This document shows, piece after piece, positions 10,829 through 21,137 of a DNA stretch of 64,000 bases (its first letter is position 1; each line of letters begins with the position of its first letter). The stretch lies in the NCBI GenBank assembly GCA_958422985.1, contig CATZPY010000001.1, positions 780 to 64,779 on the forward strand, in the 5' to 3' direction. Under the pieces are notes generated by a model that saw nothing but the letters and a program-made list of their open reading frames with translations, was not told the origin of the DNA and searched no databases. Position numbers and translations under genes: made by a program. The DNA is from an uncultured Clostridium sp. (GTDB lineage: Bacteria > Bacillota > Clostridia > TANB77 > CAG-508).

Positions 10829-11197
10829 ATGGTACAACAACAAACTATATTAAAAGTTGCTGATAACACTGGTGCAAGAGAAATTATGTGTATTAGATGT
10901 TTAGGTGGTTCATATAGAAAATATGCTAAAATAGGTGATGTTATAGTAGCTTCTGTAAAAACAGCTATACCTGGTGGAGCAGTTAAAAAAGGTGATGTTG
11001 TTAAAGCAGTAGTTGTAAGAACAAAAAAAGCTACAAAAAGAGCAGATGGATCATATGTAAGATTTGATGAAAATGCAGCAGTAATTATAAAAGAAGATGG
11101 TAATCCAAAAGGAACACGTATCTTTGGACCTGTTGCAAGAGAATTAAGAGATAAAAATTATATGAAAATTTTATCATTAGCTCCAGAAGTTCTTTAG
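10829..11197 (+). CDS. rplN: 50S ribosomal protein L14
   Basis: [17 protein letters not shown]-terminus. Confidence 0.96.
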   Translation: MVQQQTILKVADNTGAREIMCIRCLGGSYRKYAKIGDVIVASVKTAIPGGAVKKGDVVKAVVVRTKKATKRADGSYVRFDENAAVIIKEDGNPKGTRIFGPVARELRDKNYMKILSLAPEVL

Positions 11198-11410
11198 TCT
11201 GTTAATTAAAAAATATTGAAGATATTTTTTAATGTTACAGACTAAAGATACAAAAATCATTTTATGATTTTTGTAAACATTAGAAAACATTAATATATAT
11301 CTTTAATGTTACAGACTAAAGATACAAAAATCACTTTGTGGTTTTTGTAAATATTAGAAAACATAAAATATTAATATATATCTTTTAATGTTACAAATTA
11401 AAAATGAAGA
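11196..11410 (+). repeat. AT-rich hairpin plus a 2.3-copy tandem repeat (units of 74 and 82 nt) in the rplN-rplX spacer
   Basis: Units begin with aatgttacagactaaagatacaaaaatca at 11231 and 11305, and a truncated third unit starts at 11387. Each full unit holds a 9-bp hairpin caaaaatca/tgatttttg. The hairpin at 11196-11243 spans the rplN stop codon. Confidence 0.85.
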
Positions 11411-11429
11411 AAAGGAGGAGAATCCTATA

Positions 11430-11738
11430 ATGAGAATAAAAAAAGGTGATACAGTTAAAGTTTTATCTGGAAACGATAAAGGTAAAACAGGAGAAGTATT
11501 AGAAGTAATTCCAAAAACAAATAAAATAATTGTTAAAGGAGTTAACATTAGAAAGAAACATGTAAAACCAAGAAGACAAGGTGAAGAAGGAGGAATTATA
11601 CCATCTGAATATCCAATACATAGTTGTAAAGTTGGTGTAGTTTGCCCAAAATGTGGAAAAGTAACAAGAATTGAATATAAAGTTCAAAAAGATAATAAAG
11701 TTCGTGTATGTAAAAAATGTAATGCAGAAATAAAATAA
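11430..11738 (+). CDS. rplX: 50S ribosomal protein L24 (CxxC...CxxC variant)
   Basis: MRIKKGDTVKVLSGNDKGKTGEVL (KOW) begins at the ATG 11430, after AAGGAGGAG. The track start at 11388 lies inside the repeat. Confidence 0.93.
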   Translation: MRIKKGDTVKVLSGNDKGKTGEVLEVIPKTNKIIVKGVNIRKKHVKPRRQGEEGGIIPSEYPIHSCKVGVVCPKCGKVTRIEYKVQKDNKVRVCKKCNAEIK

Positions 11739-11765
11739 GATTAAGAAAGGAGGATTTGTATCCTA

Positions 11766-12305
11766 ATGGAAAAATTAAGAGAACAATATGAAAAAGAAGT
11801 AATTCCAGCAATGATGAAAAAATTCAATTATAAATCAGTAATGGAAGTTCCAAGATTAGAAAAAGTTGTTATAAATATTGGTCTTGGAGATATTAAAGAT
11901 AATCCAAAATCATTAGATAATGCTATGAATGATTTATCTATAATTACAGGACAAAAACCAATAGTAACAAAAGCAAGAAAGTCAATCGCTGCTTTCAAAT
12001 TAAGAGAGGGAGTTAATGTTGGATGTAAAGTAACATTAAGAAGAGGAAAAATGTATGATTTTGTATACAAATTATTCAATGTTGCTATGCCAAGAATAAG
12101 AGACTTTAGAGGAATTTCAGCAAATTCTTTCGATGGAAGAGGAAATTTCTCAATGGGTGTAAAAGAACAATTAATATTCCCAGAAATAGAATATGATAAA
12201 GTAGATAAATTAAGAGGAATGGATATTATTTTTGTTACAACAGCAAAAACTGATGAAGAAGGAAAGGAATTATTAAAACTTCTAGGTATGCCATTCAAAA
12301 ATTAG
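11766..12305 (+). CDS. rplE: 50S ribosomal protein L5
   Basis: Conserved N-terminus, [16 protein letters not shown]. Confidence 0.95.
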   Translation: MEKLREQYEKEVIPAMMKKFNYKSVMEVPRLEKVVINIGLGDIKDNPKSLDNAMNDLSIITGQKPIVTKARKSIAAFKLREGVNVGCKVTLRRGKMYDFVYKLFNVAMPRIRDFRGISANSFDGRGNFSMGVKEQLIFPEIEYDKVDKLRGMDIIFVTTAKTDEEGKELLKLLGMPFKN

Positions 12306-12325
12306 TCCAAAGAAAGGAGATTAAT

Positions 12326-12511
12326 ATGGCTAAAAAATCTTTAAAAGTAAAACAACAAAGACCACAAAAATATGCTACTAGAGAATATAATAGATGTAAA
12401 ATATGTGGAAGACCACATGGATATATTAGAAAATATGGAATTTGCCGTGTTTGCTTTAGAAACTTAGCACATAAAGGAGAAATCCCAGGTGTTAAAAAGG
12501 CAAGCTGGTAG
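12326..12511 (+). CDS. rpsN: 30S ribosomal protein S14, short zinc-binding (type Z) form
   Basis: 61 aa with [22 protein letters not shown]. Confidence 0.95.
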   Translation: MAKKSLKVKQQRPQKYATREYNRCKICGRPHGYIRKYGICRVCFRNLAHKGEIPGVKKASW

Positions 12512-12536
12512 AAGATAAAAAAGGAGGGAAACTTAA

Positions 12537-12935
12537 GTGAATACTACAGATCCAATAGCAGATATGTTAACAAGAATTAGAAATGCAAGTGCTGCAAAGC
12601 ATAAAACAGTTGATATTCCTGCTTCAAAAATGAAAAAATCAATAGCAGATATATTATATAATGAAGGATATATTAAATCTGTTGAAGAAATAGAAAATGA
12701 TAATCAAGGAATATTAAGAATAGCTTTAAAATATGATGAAAATGGAGCTAAAGTAATAGCTGGAATAAAAAGAATAAGTAAACCAGGATTAAGAGTATAT
12801 GCTTCTTCTGAAAAATTACCAAAAGTTTTAAATGGTTTAGGAATAGCATTAATTTCTACATCAAAAGGAATAAAAACAGATAGAGAAGCAAGAAAAGAAA
12901 ATCTTGGTGGAGAAGTTTTAGCATATATTTGGTAA
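12537..12935 (+). CDS. rpsH: 30S ribosomal protein S8
   Basis: [13 protein letters not shown] motif. GTG start after AAGGAGGG. Confidence 0.95.
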   Translation: MNTTDPIADMLTRIRNASAAKHKTVDIPASKMKKSIADILYNEGYIKSVEEIENDNQGILRIALKYDENGAKVIAGIKRISKPGLRVYASSEKLPKVLNGLGIALISTSKGIKTDREARKENLGGEVLAYIW

Positions 12936-13036
12936 TTATTGAAATTGTTTTAAGGCTTAGCCTAATACAAATTCAGTATACAATGCAAAGAAAGAGCATT
13001 GTAATCTTATAAGAACAAGAAGGAGGGAAAACGTAA

Positions 13037-13576
13037 ATGTCAAGAATAGGAAATGCACCTGTTACAATACCAGAAGGTGTTGAAGTAAAATTAGATGGAA
13101 ATCATCTAACTGTAAAAGGTCCAAAAGGAACATTAGAAAGAGATATCCATAAAAATATAACAGTTACAATAGAAGATAATTTAGTTAAAGTAACAAGACC
13201 AGACGATGCAAACTTTAATAAAGGTTTACATGGTTTAACAAGAACTTTAATTAAAAACATGATAGAAGGAGTTAACAACGAATTTACAAGAAAATTACAA
13301 ATTAATGGTGTAGGTTATAGAGTACAAAAACAAGGAAATAACTTAAACTTAATTTTAGGTTATTCACATCCAGTAGTATTCGAAGCTCCAGAAGGAATCA
13401 CATTTGACGTTCCAGATGCAAATACTATAATTGTAAAAGGAATTGACAAAGAATTAGTAGGTCAAACAGCTGCTGTTATAAGAGCTAAAAGAGCACCAGA
13501 AGTTTATGGTGGAAAAGGTATTAAATACGATTATGAAGTTATTAGACGTAAAGAAGGTAAAGCTGGTAAAAAATAG
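13037..13576 (+). CDS. rplF: 50S ribosomal protein L6
   Basis: MSRIGNAPVTIPEGVEV N-terminus. Confidence 0.95.
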   Translation: MSRIGNAPVTIPEGVEVKLDGNHLTVKGPKGTLERDIHKNITVTIEDNLVKVTRPDDANFNKGLHGLTRTLIKNMIEGVNNEFTRKLQINGVGYRVQKQGNNLNLILGYSHPVVFEAPEGITFDVPDANTIIVKGIDKELVGQTAAVIRAKRAPEVYGGKGIKYDYEVIRRKEGKAGKK

Positions 13577-13605
13577 ACTTTAGTTTATAGAAAGGAGAGA
13601 GCAAA

Positions 13606-13965
13606 GTGATTACAAAAACAAACAGAAAAATGGAAAGAGCAAGAAGACATGCTCGTGTTCGTACAAAAATAAGTGGAACTGCTGAACGTCCAAGATTATG
13701 TGTATACAGAAGCAATACAAACTTATATGCACAAGTAATTGATGATGTTGCAGGAAATACATTAGTTTCAGCTTCTACATTAGATAAAGAAGTTAAAACT
13801 AAGTATGCAAATAAAGAAGCAGCAAAAGAAGTTGGAGCACTTATAGCAAAAAGAGCATTAGAAAAAAATATTAAAGATGTTGTTTTTGACAGAGGTGGAT
13901 ATATCTATCATGGAGTTGTTAAAGAATTAGCAGAAGCTGCAAGAAATGGTGGATTAAACTTCTAA
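13606..13965 (+). CDS. rplR: 50S ribosomal protein L18
   Basis: [24 protein letters not shown] motif. GTG start. Confidence 0.94.
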   Translation: MITKTNRKMERARRHARVRTKISGTAERPRLCVYRSNTNLYAQVIDDVAGNTLVSASTLDKEVKTKYANKEAAKEVGALIAKRALEKNIKDVVFDRGGYIYHGVVKELAEAARNGGLNF

Positions 13966-14036
13966 TATTTAGAATTAATGAGAAAACTTTTAAATATATA
14001 ATGTATATTCAAAAAGAAAAGGAGGAAAGAAAACCA

Positions 14037-14528
14037 ATGCAAGAAGAAAATGCAGTTGAATTAAAAGAGAAAGTTGTTGCAATAAATAGAGTTGCTAAAG
14101 TTGTTAAAGGTGGTAGAACTTTTAGATTTAGCGCTTTAGTAGTTGTTGGTGACGAAAACGGACACGTTGGTGTTGGAAATGGAAAGGCAGCAGAAGTACC
14201 TGATGCAATAAAAAAAGCAATAGATGATGCTAGAAAAAATTTAATAGAAGTACCAGTAGTTGGAACAACAATCCCTCACGAATTTATTGGAAAATTCGGA
14301 AGTGCAAGAGTAATGTTAAAACCAGCTGTAGAAGGTTCTGGAGTTATTGCAGGAGGAAGTGCAAGAGCTGTATTAGAATTAGCTGGATATAAAGATATAA
14401 AAACTAAAGTTCTTGGTACAAATAATCCAAGAAACGTTGTATACGCAACAATGAATGGATTAGAAAATATGAGAACAGTAGAACAAATTGCTAAAAAAAG
14501 AGGAAAAAAAGTTTCTGAGATATTATAA
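14037..14528 (+). CDS. rpsE: 30S ribosomal protein S5
   Basis: [24 protein letters not shown] motif. ATG at 14037 after AAGGAGGAAAG. The track start at 14001 is upstream of the RBS. Confidence 0.93.
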   Translation: MQEENAVELKEKVVAINRVAKVVKGGRTFRFSALVVVGDENGHVGVGNGKAAEVPDAIKKAIDDARKNLIEVPVVGTTIPHEFIGKFGSARVMLKPAVEGSGVIAGGSARAVLELAGYKDIKTKVLGTNNPRNVVYATMNGLENMRTVEQIAKKRGKKVSEIL

Positions 14529-14565
14529 TAATATTATCAAATTTTAAGGAGGTGCAATTTAAGAA

Positions 14566-15000
14566 ATGCAATTAGGAGAATTACAACCATCAAGTGTTAA
14601 AACTACTAGAAAAAGATTAGGTCGTGGAATGGGTTCTGGTCTTGGTAAAACATCAGGAAAAGGACATAAAGGACAAAAAGCTAGATCTGGTGGAGGAGTA
14701 AGAAGAGGATTTGAAGGAGGTCAAACACCTTTATATAGAAGACTTCCAAAAAGAGGATTCAAAAACATTCATGCTAAAAACTATACAGAAGTAACTTTAA
14801 CAATGTTAAATAAGAGTGAAGCTACAGAAGTTACAGCAGAAAGCCTATTAGCAGAAGGAATTATCGGAAAAATAAATGATGGAATAGTAGTATTAGCTAC
14901 AGGAAAACTAGATAAAAAATTAACTGTTAAAGCAAAGAGATTTACAAAAGCAGCTGCTGAAAAAATAGAAGCAGCAGGAGGAAAGATTGAGGTGATTTAG
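14566..15000 (+). CDS. rplO: 50S ribosomal protein L15
   Basis: [26 protein letters not shown] motif. Only 37 nt follow rpsE, so there is no rpmD between them. Confidence 0.95.
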   Translation: MQLGELQPSSVKTTRKRLGRGMGSGLGKTSGKGHKGQKARSGGGVRRGFEGGQTPLYRRLPKRGFKNIHAKNYTEVTLTMLNKSEATEVTAESLLAEGIIGKINDGIVVLATGKLDKKLTVKAKRFTKAAAEKIEAAGGKIEVI

Positions 15001-16329
15001 TTGTTTAAAACTATAAAGAATGCATTAAAGACACCTGAAGTAAGAAAAAGATTATTATATACATTAGTGTTAATTATAGTATTTAGATTAGGATGTTTTA
15101 TAACTGTTCCAGGTGTAGACTTGGTACAAATACAAAAAGCTATGGAATCATCTGGAAATGGTCTTACTGGCCTAATAGATATAATTTCTGGAGGAGCGTT
15201 TTCTAGATTTTCAATATTTGCAATGTCAGTAACACCATATATTACAGCTTCAATTGTTATACAATTATTAACAATGATAATACCTTCATTAGAAAGACTA
15301 GCTAAAGAAGGTGGAGAAGTTGGTAGACAAAAAGTAGATAAATATACAAAAGCACTTTCAATAGTACTTGCACTAGTAGAAGGAATAGGTTTATATTTAT
15401 CTTACCAATCACAAGGAATATTCGTAGATTCAGGAATATTATCAGGAGTATTGGTTGTAACAGGTCTTATGGCTGGTACAGCATTACTTATGTGGCTTGG
15501 TGAACAAATTACTAATAAAGGAATTGGAAATGGAGTTTCAATGATTATATTTATTGGTATAGTTTCAAGATTACCAAGTGCAATAAGCTCAATTTGGTCT
15601 TTAATAATGCCACAATCTGGATTTAGTACAACAGGATTATTAATGGCTTTAGCTATAGTAATAGGAGCTCTAATTTTAGTTACAGCGGTTGTATTTATAC
15701 AACAAGCAGAAAGAAGAATTCCTGTTCAATATGCTAAAAGAGTTGTTGGAAGAAAAATGATGGGAGCACAAAATACATATATACCACTAAAAATTGCTAT
15801 GGCTGGTGTTATGCCAATCATATTTGCTTCATCATTTATGACATTCCCAGCAATGATTATACAGATATTTGATCCAAGTATTGCAACACATCCAGGTTTC
15901 TGGAATGTAATATATAATTTTTCAATAGCTACTTCAAGTTCAAATGTAGCAATTGGATACACTATAGCAAACGCAATAGTTTACTTACTATTAATAGTAG
16001 GATTTACATTTTTCTATATATATGCAACATTTAACCCAGCAGAGGTTTCAGCAAATATTAAGAAAAATGGTGGATTTATACCAGGAATTAGAGCTGGAAA
16101 ACCAACTACAGAATATTTATCATCAGTATTAACAAAGTTAACTTTGTTTGGTGGTTTATTTTTAGCACTTATAGCTATACTTCCAATGTTTATGAGATTC
16201 TTACCAGAAGGATTAAATGTAGCATTTGGAGGAACATCTATACTTATTATAGTTGGTGTTGCATTAGAAACAGTTCAACAATTAGAATCACAATTAGTAA
16301 TGAAACATTATAAGGGATTCTTAGAATAA
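15001..16329 (+). CDS. secY: Preprotein translocase subunit SecY
   Basis: 442 aa and polytopic, in the canonical position after rplO. TTG start preceded by GAGGTGA. Confidence 0.95.
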   Translation: MFKTIKNALKTPEVRKRLLYTLVLIIVFRLGCFITVPGVDLVQIQKAMESSGNGLTGLIDIISGGAFSRFSIFAMSVTPYITASIVIQLLTMIIPSLERLAKEGGEVGRQKVDKYTKALSIVLALVEGIGLYLSYQSQGIFVDSGILSGVLVVTGLMAGTALLMWLGEQITNKGIGNGVSMIIFIGIVSRLPSAISSIWSLIMPQSGFSTTGLLMALAIVIGALILVTAVVFIQQAERRIPVQYAKRVVGRKMMGAQNTYIPLKIAMAGVMPIIFASSFMTFPAMIIQIFDPSIATHPGFWNVIYNFSIATSSSNVAIGYTIANAIVYLLLIVGFTFFYIYATFNPAEVSANIKKNGGFIPGIRAGKPTTEYLSSVLTKLTLFGGLFLALIAILPMFMRFLPEGLNVAFGGTSILIIVGVALETVQQLESQLVMKHYKGFLE

Positions 16330-16343
16330 AATTTATTGTATCA

Positions 16344-16377
16344 GGGTACGACTTAAAGATTGCATAAAGTCGTGCCC
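16344..16377 (+). other. GC-rich 11-bp hairpin after secY (possible attenuator or processing site)
   Basis: gggtacgactt/aagtcgtgccc with a 12-nt loop. No T-run follows. Confidence 0.45.
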
Positions 16378-16482
16378 ATGCAATTAATTATAATAACTTG
16401 TCAATTGTTATTTTTTAAATATATATTTGCAGTATATATTTAAAAAATAATATTTGCATAAGAAAAGATAGGAGTGAAAATA

Positions 16483-17148
16483 ATGAATATTGTTTTATTG
16501 GGTGGACCAGGTAGTGGAAAAGGAACAGTATCAAATTTATTAGAAAAAACACAAAACATAGGGCACATTGCAACAGGTGATATGTTTAGAGAAGAAATAA
16601 AAAATGAAACAGAATTAGGAAAAAAAGCACAAGAATATATGAATAAAGGAAATTTAGTACCAGATGAAATAACTATAAATATGTTAAAGGGAAAAGTTAA
16701 TGAATTAAAAAATGGTTCTGGTGTAGTATTCGATGGATTTCCAAGAAATAGAAAACAAGCAGAAGCATTAGGAGATATGTTAGAAGAGCAAAATGAAAAA
16801 GTAGATTTAGTGCTATTTTTAGATATACCAGATGAAGATATTATATATAGAACAGTAAAAAGAAGAATTTGTTCAAACAAAGAATGTGGAGCGATTTATA
16901 ATTTAGAATATAAGAAACCAAAAGTAGAAGATGTATGTGACATTTGTGGAAGTAAATTAATACAAAGAAAAGATGATAATGAAGAAACAATAACAGAAAG
17001 ATTAAAAGTATATCATGAACAGTCTAAAGAACTTATAGAATATTATGAAGAAAAAGGATTGTTATATAGAGTAAAATTACATGCTAATGTAAATATAACA
17101 GAAGAAATGGTATCAGAGTGGCTAAAAAATTATAATGAAAATAGATAA
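16483..17148 (+). CDS. adk: Adenylate kinase (zinc-lid form)
   Basis: MNIVLLGGPGSGKGT P-loop. The lid carries CSNKEC...CDIC. ATG at 16483 after AGGAGTG. Confidence 0.94.
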   Translation: MNIVLLGGPGSGKGTVSNLLEKTQNIGHIATGDMFREEIKNETELGKKAQEYMNKGNLVPDEITINMLKGKVNELKNGSGVVFDGFPRNRKQAEALGDMLEEQNEKVDLVLFLDIPDEDIIYRTVKRRICSNKECGAIYNLEYKKPKVEDVCDICGSKLIQRKDDNEETITERLKVYHEQSKELIEYYEEKGLLYRVKLHANVNITEEMVSEWLKNYNENR

Positions 17149-17161
17149 GGAAGTAATATAA

Positions 17162-17932
17162 ATGATATATATAAAATCTGCCAAAGAAATAGAAAAGATG
17201 CAAGAAGCTTGTAGAGTTGCTTTTCTTGCACAAAAAGCAGTAGAAGAAGCAATAAGACCAGGAATTACAACATATGAATTAGATAGAATTGCAGAAGAAA
17301 CAATGAGAAAAAATGGTGCGATTCCAGCAGAAAAAGGATATCCAAGTGGAGTAGATGGAATTCCAGATTTTCCAGCAAGTATTTGTAGTTCTGTAAATGA
17401 TGTTGTAATCCATGGAATTCCTTCAAAAAGAGAGATTTTAAAAGAAGGAGATATTGTAAGTGTAGACTTAGTTGCTTATAAAGATGGATTTAATGGAGAT
17501 TGTGCTAGAACATATGCAGTAGGAAAAATAGACAAAGCAAGCCAAAAATTAATAGATATTACAAAGCAAGCTTTTTTTGAAGGTATAAAATATGCCAAAA
17601 AAGGAAATAGATTGGGAGATGTTTCTCATGCTATAGGAGAATTTGTTGCTAAAAATGGTTTTTCAGTAGTAAGAGAATTCCAAGGACATGGAATTGGAAG
17701 AGAAATGCACGAAGATCCAGGCATACCAAACTATGGAAAAGCTGGAAGAGGACCTAGATTAGAGCCAGGCATGACATTAGCAATAGAACCTATGGTAATA
17801 GCAGGAAAACCAAACATATTAGAATTAGATGATGGTTGGGGAATTATAACAGAAGATGGAACAAGAGCTGCACATTACGAAAATACAATTTTAATTACAG
17901 AAAAAGAGCCAAAAATCTTGACTTTGCTGTAA
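17162..17932 (+). CDS. map: Type I methionine aminopeptidase
   Basis: Metal-ligand context is visible: VDLVAYKDGFNGD, HGIGREMHE, EPM, AHYENT. Confidence 0.94.
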   Translation: MIYIKSAKEIEKMQEACRVAFLAQKAVEEAIRPGITTYELDRIAEETMRKNGAIPAEKGYPSGVDGIPDFPASICSSVNDVVIHGIPSKREILKEGDIVSVDLVAYKDGFNGDCARTYAVGKIDKASQKLIDITKQAFFEGIKYAKKGNRLGDVSHAIGEFVAKNGFSVVREFQGHGIGREMHEDPGIPNYGKAGRGPRLEPGMTLAIEPMVIAGKPNILELDDGWGIITEDGTRAAHYENTILITEKEPKILTLL

Positions 17933-17999
17933 AAATATTGTATACTATATTAGCTATTTATAGTTAATTAATGTTTAAATTATTCAGGAGGGAATAAAT

Positions 18000-18218
18000 T
18001 TGGCAAAAGAAGATGTAATAGAAGTAGAGGGAGTTGTTGTAGAAACACTACCAAATACTAATTTTAAAGTAGAACTTGAAAATGGGCACCAAATATTAGC
18101 ACATATTTCAGGAAAGCTTAGAATGAACTATATAAAAATATTACCAGGTGATAAAGTAAAAGTAGAATTATCACCATATGATTTAAATAGAGGTAGAATA
18201 ACATGGAGAGCTAAATAA
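18000..18218 (+). CDS. infA: Translation initiation factor IF-1
   Basis: [20 protein letters not shown]-terminus. TTG start after AGGAGGG. Confidence 0.95.
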   Translation: MAKEDVIEVEGVVVETLPNTNFKVELENGHQILAHISGKLRMNYIKILPGDKVKVELSPYDLNRGRITWRAK

Positions 18219-18234
18219 TCCTATTTATTAGGCT

Positions 18235-18299
18235 ATGAAGTGTGAAATGAGATGTGCATTATAATAAAATATAATAGTACATTTGATTTCACGCTTCAT
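18235..18299 (+). other. Long imperfect hairpin in the infA-rpmJ spacer
   Basis: 23-position stem (19 Watson-Crick pairs, 3 G-U, 1 mismatch), atgaagtgtgaaatgagatgtgc / gtacatttgatttcacgcttcat, with a 19-nt A/T loop. Confidence 0.7.
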
Positions 18300-18347
18300 A
18301 ATTGCTCAGCAAATGTATAAAATGAGTAATAACAGGAGGTGTATCAA

Positions 18348-18461
18348 ATGAAAGTTAGAGCATCAGTAAAACCTATATGCCCAAAGTGCAAGGTTATTAA
18401 AAGAAAAGGTGTTGTTAGAGTTATTTGTGAAAACCCTAAACACAAACAAAGACAAGGATAA
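18348..18461 (+). CDS. rpmJ: 50S ribosomal protein L36 (zinc-binding form); absent from the ORF track
   Basis: My own translation gives [49 protein letters not shown] lies 7 nt upstream. Canonical infA-rpmJ-rpsM position. Confidence 0.93.
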   Translation: MKVRASVKPICPKCKVIKRKGVVRVICENPKHKQRQG

Positions 18462-18487
18462 TTAAGTAAAACTTAAAAATAATTGTT

Positions 18488-18515
18488 TTTACAATTATTA
18501 ATCCTATGGTATAAG
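18488..18515 (+). promoter_or_regulatory. Possible internal promoter ahead of rpsM
   Basis: TTTACA, a 16-nt spacer, then TATAAG preceded by TGg (extended -10 type). Confidence 0.3.
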
Positions 18516-18616
18516 CACAAAAATGGTAGCGGCTGAAGAGAATGTCTCTTTATCAAATTTGTGTTCATATATAAATCTTAATACATAAAAAACAAAAAAT
18601 TTGGAGGTGCAATTTT

Positions 18617-18985
18617 ATGGCTCGTATATCAGGAATAGATTTACCAAGAGAAAAAAGAGTAGAAGTTGGATTAACATACATTTATGGAATTGGTCTTTCA
18701 ACATCACAAAAATTATTAAAAGAAGCAGAGGTAAATCCAGATACTAGAGTAAAAGATTTAACAGAAGAACAAGTACAAGCAATTAGAAAAGCAATTGACG
18801 CAAATCACCTACTATTAGAAGGAGATTTAAGAAGAGAAGTTGCATTAAACATTAAAAGACTTACAGAAATAGGATGTTATAGAGGATTAAGACATAGAAG
18901 AGGTCTTCCAGTAAGAGGACAAAGAACTAAAACTAATGCTCGTACAAGAAAAGGTCCTAGAAAATTAGTAAGCAAAAAGAAATAA
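18617..18985 (+). CDS. rpsM: 30S ribosomal protein S13
   Basis: [27 protein letters not shown]-terminus. Confidence 0.96.
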   Translation: MARISGIDLPREKRVEVGLTYIYGIGLSTSQKLLKEAEVNPDTRVKDLTEEQVQAIRKAIDANHLLLEGDLRREVALNIKRLTEIGCYRGLRHRRGLPVRGQRTKTNARTRKGPRKLVSKKK

Positions 18986-19029
18986 TTTTTAGGCTCGCAA
19001 GAGTATAAAAAAGGGAGGTAAGCTAGAAG

Positions 19030-19428
19030 ATGGCTAAAAATGTAACAAAAAAGACAGTAACTAGAAGAAGAGATAGAAAAAATATAGAAAAAGGTTCAGC
19101 TCACATTCACTCTAGTTTTAACAATACAATAGTTACAATTACAGACGTTAAAGGTAATGTTATATCTTGGGCAAGTGCTGGAGGTTTAGGATTTAAAGGT
19201 TCTAGAAAAAGTACACCATTTGCTGCAGGAGAAGTTGCAGAAACAGCAGCAAAAAAAGCTATGGAACATGGTTTAAAAACAGTTGATGTTTTTGTTAAAG
19301 GACCAGGTTCAGGTAGAGAAGCTGCAATAAGATCACTTCAAACAACAGGATTAGAAATAAGCAGCATCAAAGATGTAACACCAATACCACACAATGGTTG
19401 TAGACCACCAAAAAGAAGAAGAGTATAA
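19030..19428 (+). CDS. rpsK: 30S ribosomal protein S11
   Basis: [20 protein letters not shown] motif. Confidence 0.96.
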   Translation: MAKNVTKKTVTRRRDRKNIEKGSAHIHSSFNNTIVTITDVKGNVISWASAGGLGFKGSRKSTPFAAGEVAETAAKKAMEHGLKTVDVFVKGPGSGREAAIRSLQTTGLEISSIKDVTPIPHNGCRPPKRRRV

Positions 19429-19469
19429 TTAAGAAATAATAAATTTGAAAGAAGAGGTGTAAAAGACAA

Positions 19470-20096
19470 ATGGCAAGATATAAAGATGAACAATGCCGTA
19501 TATGCCGCAGAGAAGGTCAAAAATTATTCTTAAAAGGTAGCAGATGTTATTCAGAAAAATGTAGTATCGCAAGAAGAAACTACGGACCAGGAGAACATGG
19601 TCAAAAAAGAAATAAACTTTCTGAATATGGTACACAATTAAGAGAAAAACAAAAAACAAAAATGTATTATGGAGTTGGAGAAAAACAATTCAGAAAATAC
19701 TTTAAAATGGCTTCAAATAAAAAAGGAATTACAGGTGAAGAATTATTAACAATATTAGAAAGCAGATTAGATAATGTTGTATACAGATTAGGATTTGCTT
19801 CTTCAAGAGCACAAGCTAGACAATTTGTAAATCATTCACAATTTGATGTAAATGGTAAAAAATGTGATATACCATCATACTTAGTAAAACCAGGAGATGT
19901 AATTTCTGTAAGAGAAATTAAGAAAGATAATGCTACAATTAAAGCTAATATAGAAGAAAATACAAGTAGACCTACTCCAGATTGGTTAGAAAGAGATTTT
20001 GACAATTTAACAGGTAAAGTAGTTAGATTAGCATCAAGAGCAGATATTGATTTACCAGTAGAAGAGCATTTAATAGTAGAACTTTACTCAAAATAA
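19470..20096 (+). CDS. rpsD: 30S ribosomal protein S4 (Cys4 form)
   Basis: [16 protein letters not shown]...CYSEKC N-terminus, followed by an S4 RNA-binding domain. Confidence 0.95.
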   Translation: MARYKDEQCRICRREGQKLFLKGSRCYSEKCSIARRNYGPGEHGQKRNKLSEYGTQLREKQKTKMYYGVGEKQFRKYFKMASNKKGITGEELLTILESRLDNVVYRLGFASSRAQARQFVNHSQFDVNGKKCDIPSYLVKPGDVISVREIKKDNATIKANIEENTSRPTPDWLERDFDNLTGKVVRLASRADIDLPVEEHLIVELYSK

Positions 20097-20167
20097 TAGG
20101 ACCCCATAACGAAGTGGTAAATATTTTAAAGGTTGCTATACCAATGCAACTCTATTAGGAGGTAAAT

Positions 20168-21112
20168 ATGATTGAATTTGAAAAGCCAGACATACAATGC
20201 TTGGAAGTTGATGAAAAAAGAAATTATTCTAAATTCGTTTGTGAACCATTAGAACGTGGATATGGTGTAACAATAGGTAATTCATTAAGAAGAATATTAC
20301 TTTCTTCTTTACCAGGAACAGCAATTACAAGTATTAAAATAGAAGGTGTTTTACATGAATTCTCTACAATTCCAAATGTAGTGGAAGACGTGCCAGAACT
20401 TATTGTTAACTTAAAAGATGTTCGTCTAAAAATGGATGGAAATGAAGAGAGAGTTATTAGAATTGATGCAAAAGAAGGAGAAGTTACAGCTGGAGACATA
20501 ATAACAGATGGTGTTGTAGAAGTTTTAAATAAAGACTTACATATTGCAACAGTTTCAGAAGGTGGACATTTAGTTATTGAAATGACAGTTAATACAGGAA
20601 GAGGATATAATACTGCAGAACAAAACAAAAAAGAAGGACAAGATATATCTGTACTTCCAATAGATTCAATTTATACACCAGTAAAAAAAGTAAACTATTC
20701 AGTAGAAAATACTAGAGTTGGACAAATGGTAGATTTTGATAAATTAGTAATAGAAGTATGGACAGATGGTAGTTTAAAACCATATGAAGCTCTTAGCTTA
20801 GCTGCTAAAGTTATGACTGGACATTTAGAATTGTTTATAGATTTATCAGAAGCTGCAAAAAATACTCAAGTAATGGTAGAAAAAGAAGAATCTAAGAAAG
20901 AAAAAGTATTAGAAATGACAATAGAAGACTTAGAACTTTCTGTTCGTTCATTTAACTGTCTAAAAAGAGCTGGTATTGTAACAGTAGAAGATTTAGTAAA
21001 TAAAACTCAGTCAGAAATGATGAAAGTAAGAAACTTAGGTAAAAAGTCATTAGATGAAGTAACTAACAAGTTACATTCATTAGGATTAGACTTTGCGCCA
21101 GATGATGATTAA
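20168..21112 (+). CDS. rpoA: DNA-directed RNA polymerase alpha subunit
   Basis: [20 protein letters not shown] motif. The C-terminal domain shows [16 protein letters not shown]. Confidence 0.96.
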   Translation: MIEFEKPDIQCLEVDEKRNYSKFVCEPLERGYGVTIGNSLRRILLSSLPGTAITSIKIEGVLHEFSTIPNVVEDVPELIVNLKDVRLKMDGNEERVIRIDAKEGEVTAGDIITDGVVEVLNKDLHIATVSEGGHLVIEMTVNTGRGYNTAEQNKKEGQDISVLPIDSIYTPVKKVNYSVENTRVGQMVDFDKLVIEVWTDGSLKPYEALSLAAKVMTGHLELFIDLSEAAKNTQVMVEKEESKKEKVLEMTIEDLELSVRSFNCLKRAGIVTVEDLVNKTQSEMMKVRNLGKKSLDEVTNKLHSLGLDFAPDDD

Positions 21113-21137
21113 AATAAATTAGAAAGGTGTGAAAGAA

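Noticed and set aside
11231-11410. Whether the rplN-rplX tandem repeat is a small CRISPR array.
   Set aside because: The units are contiguous with no unique spacers. There are only 2.3 copies, no cas genes, and the location is inside an operon.
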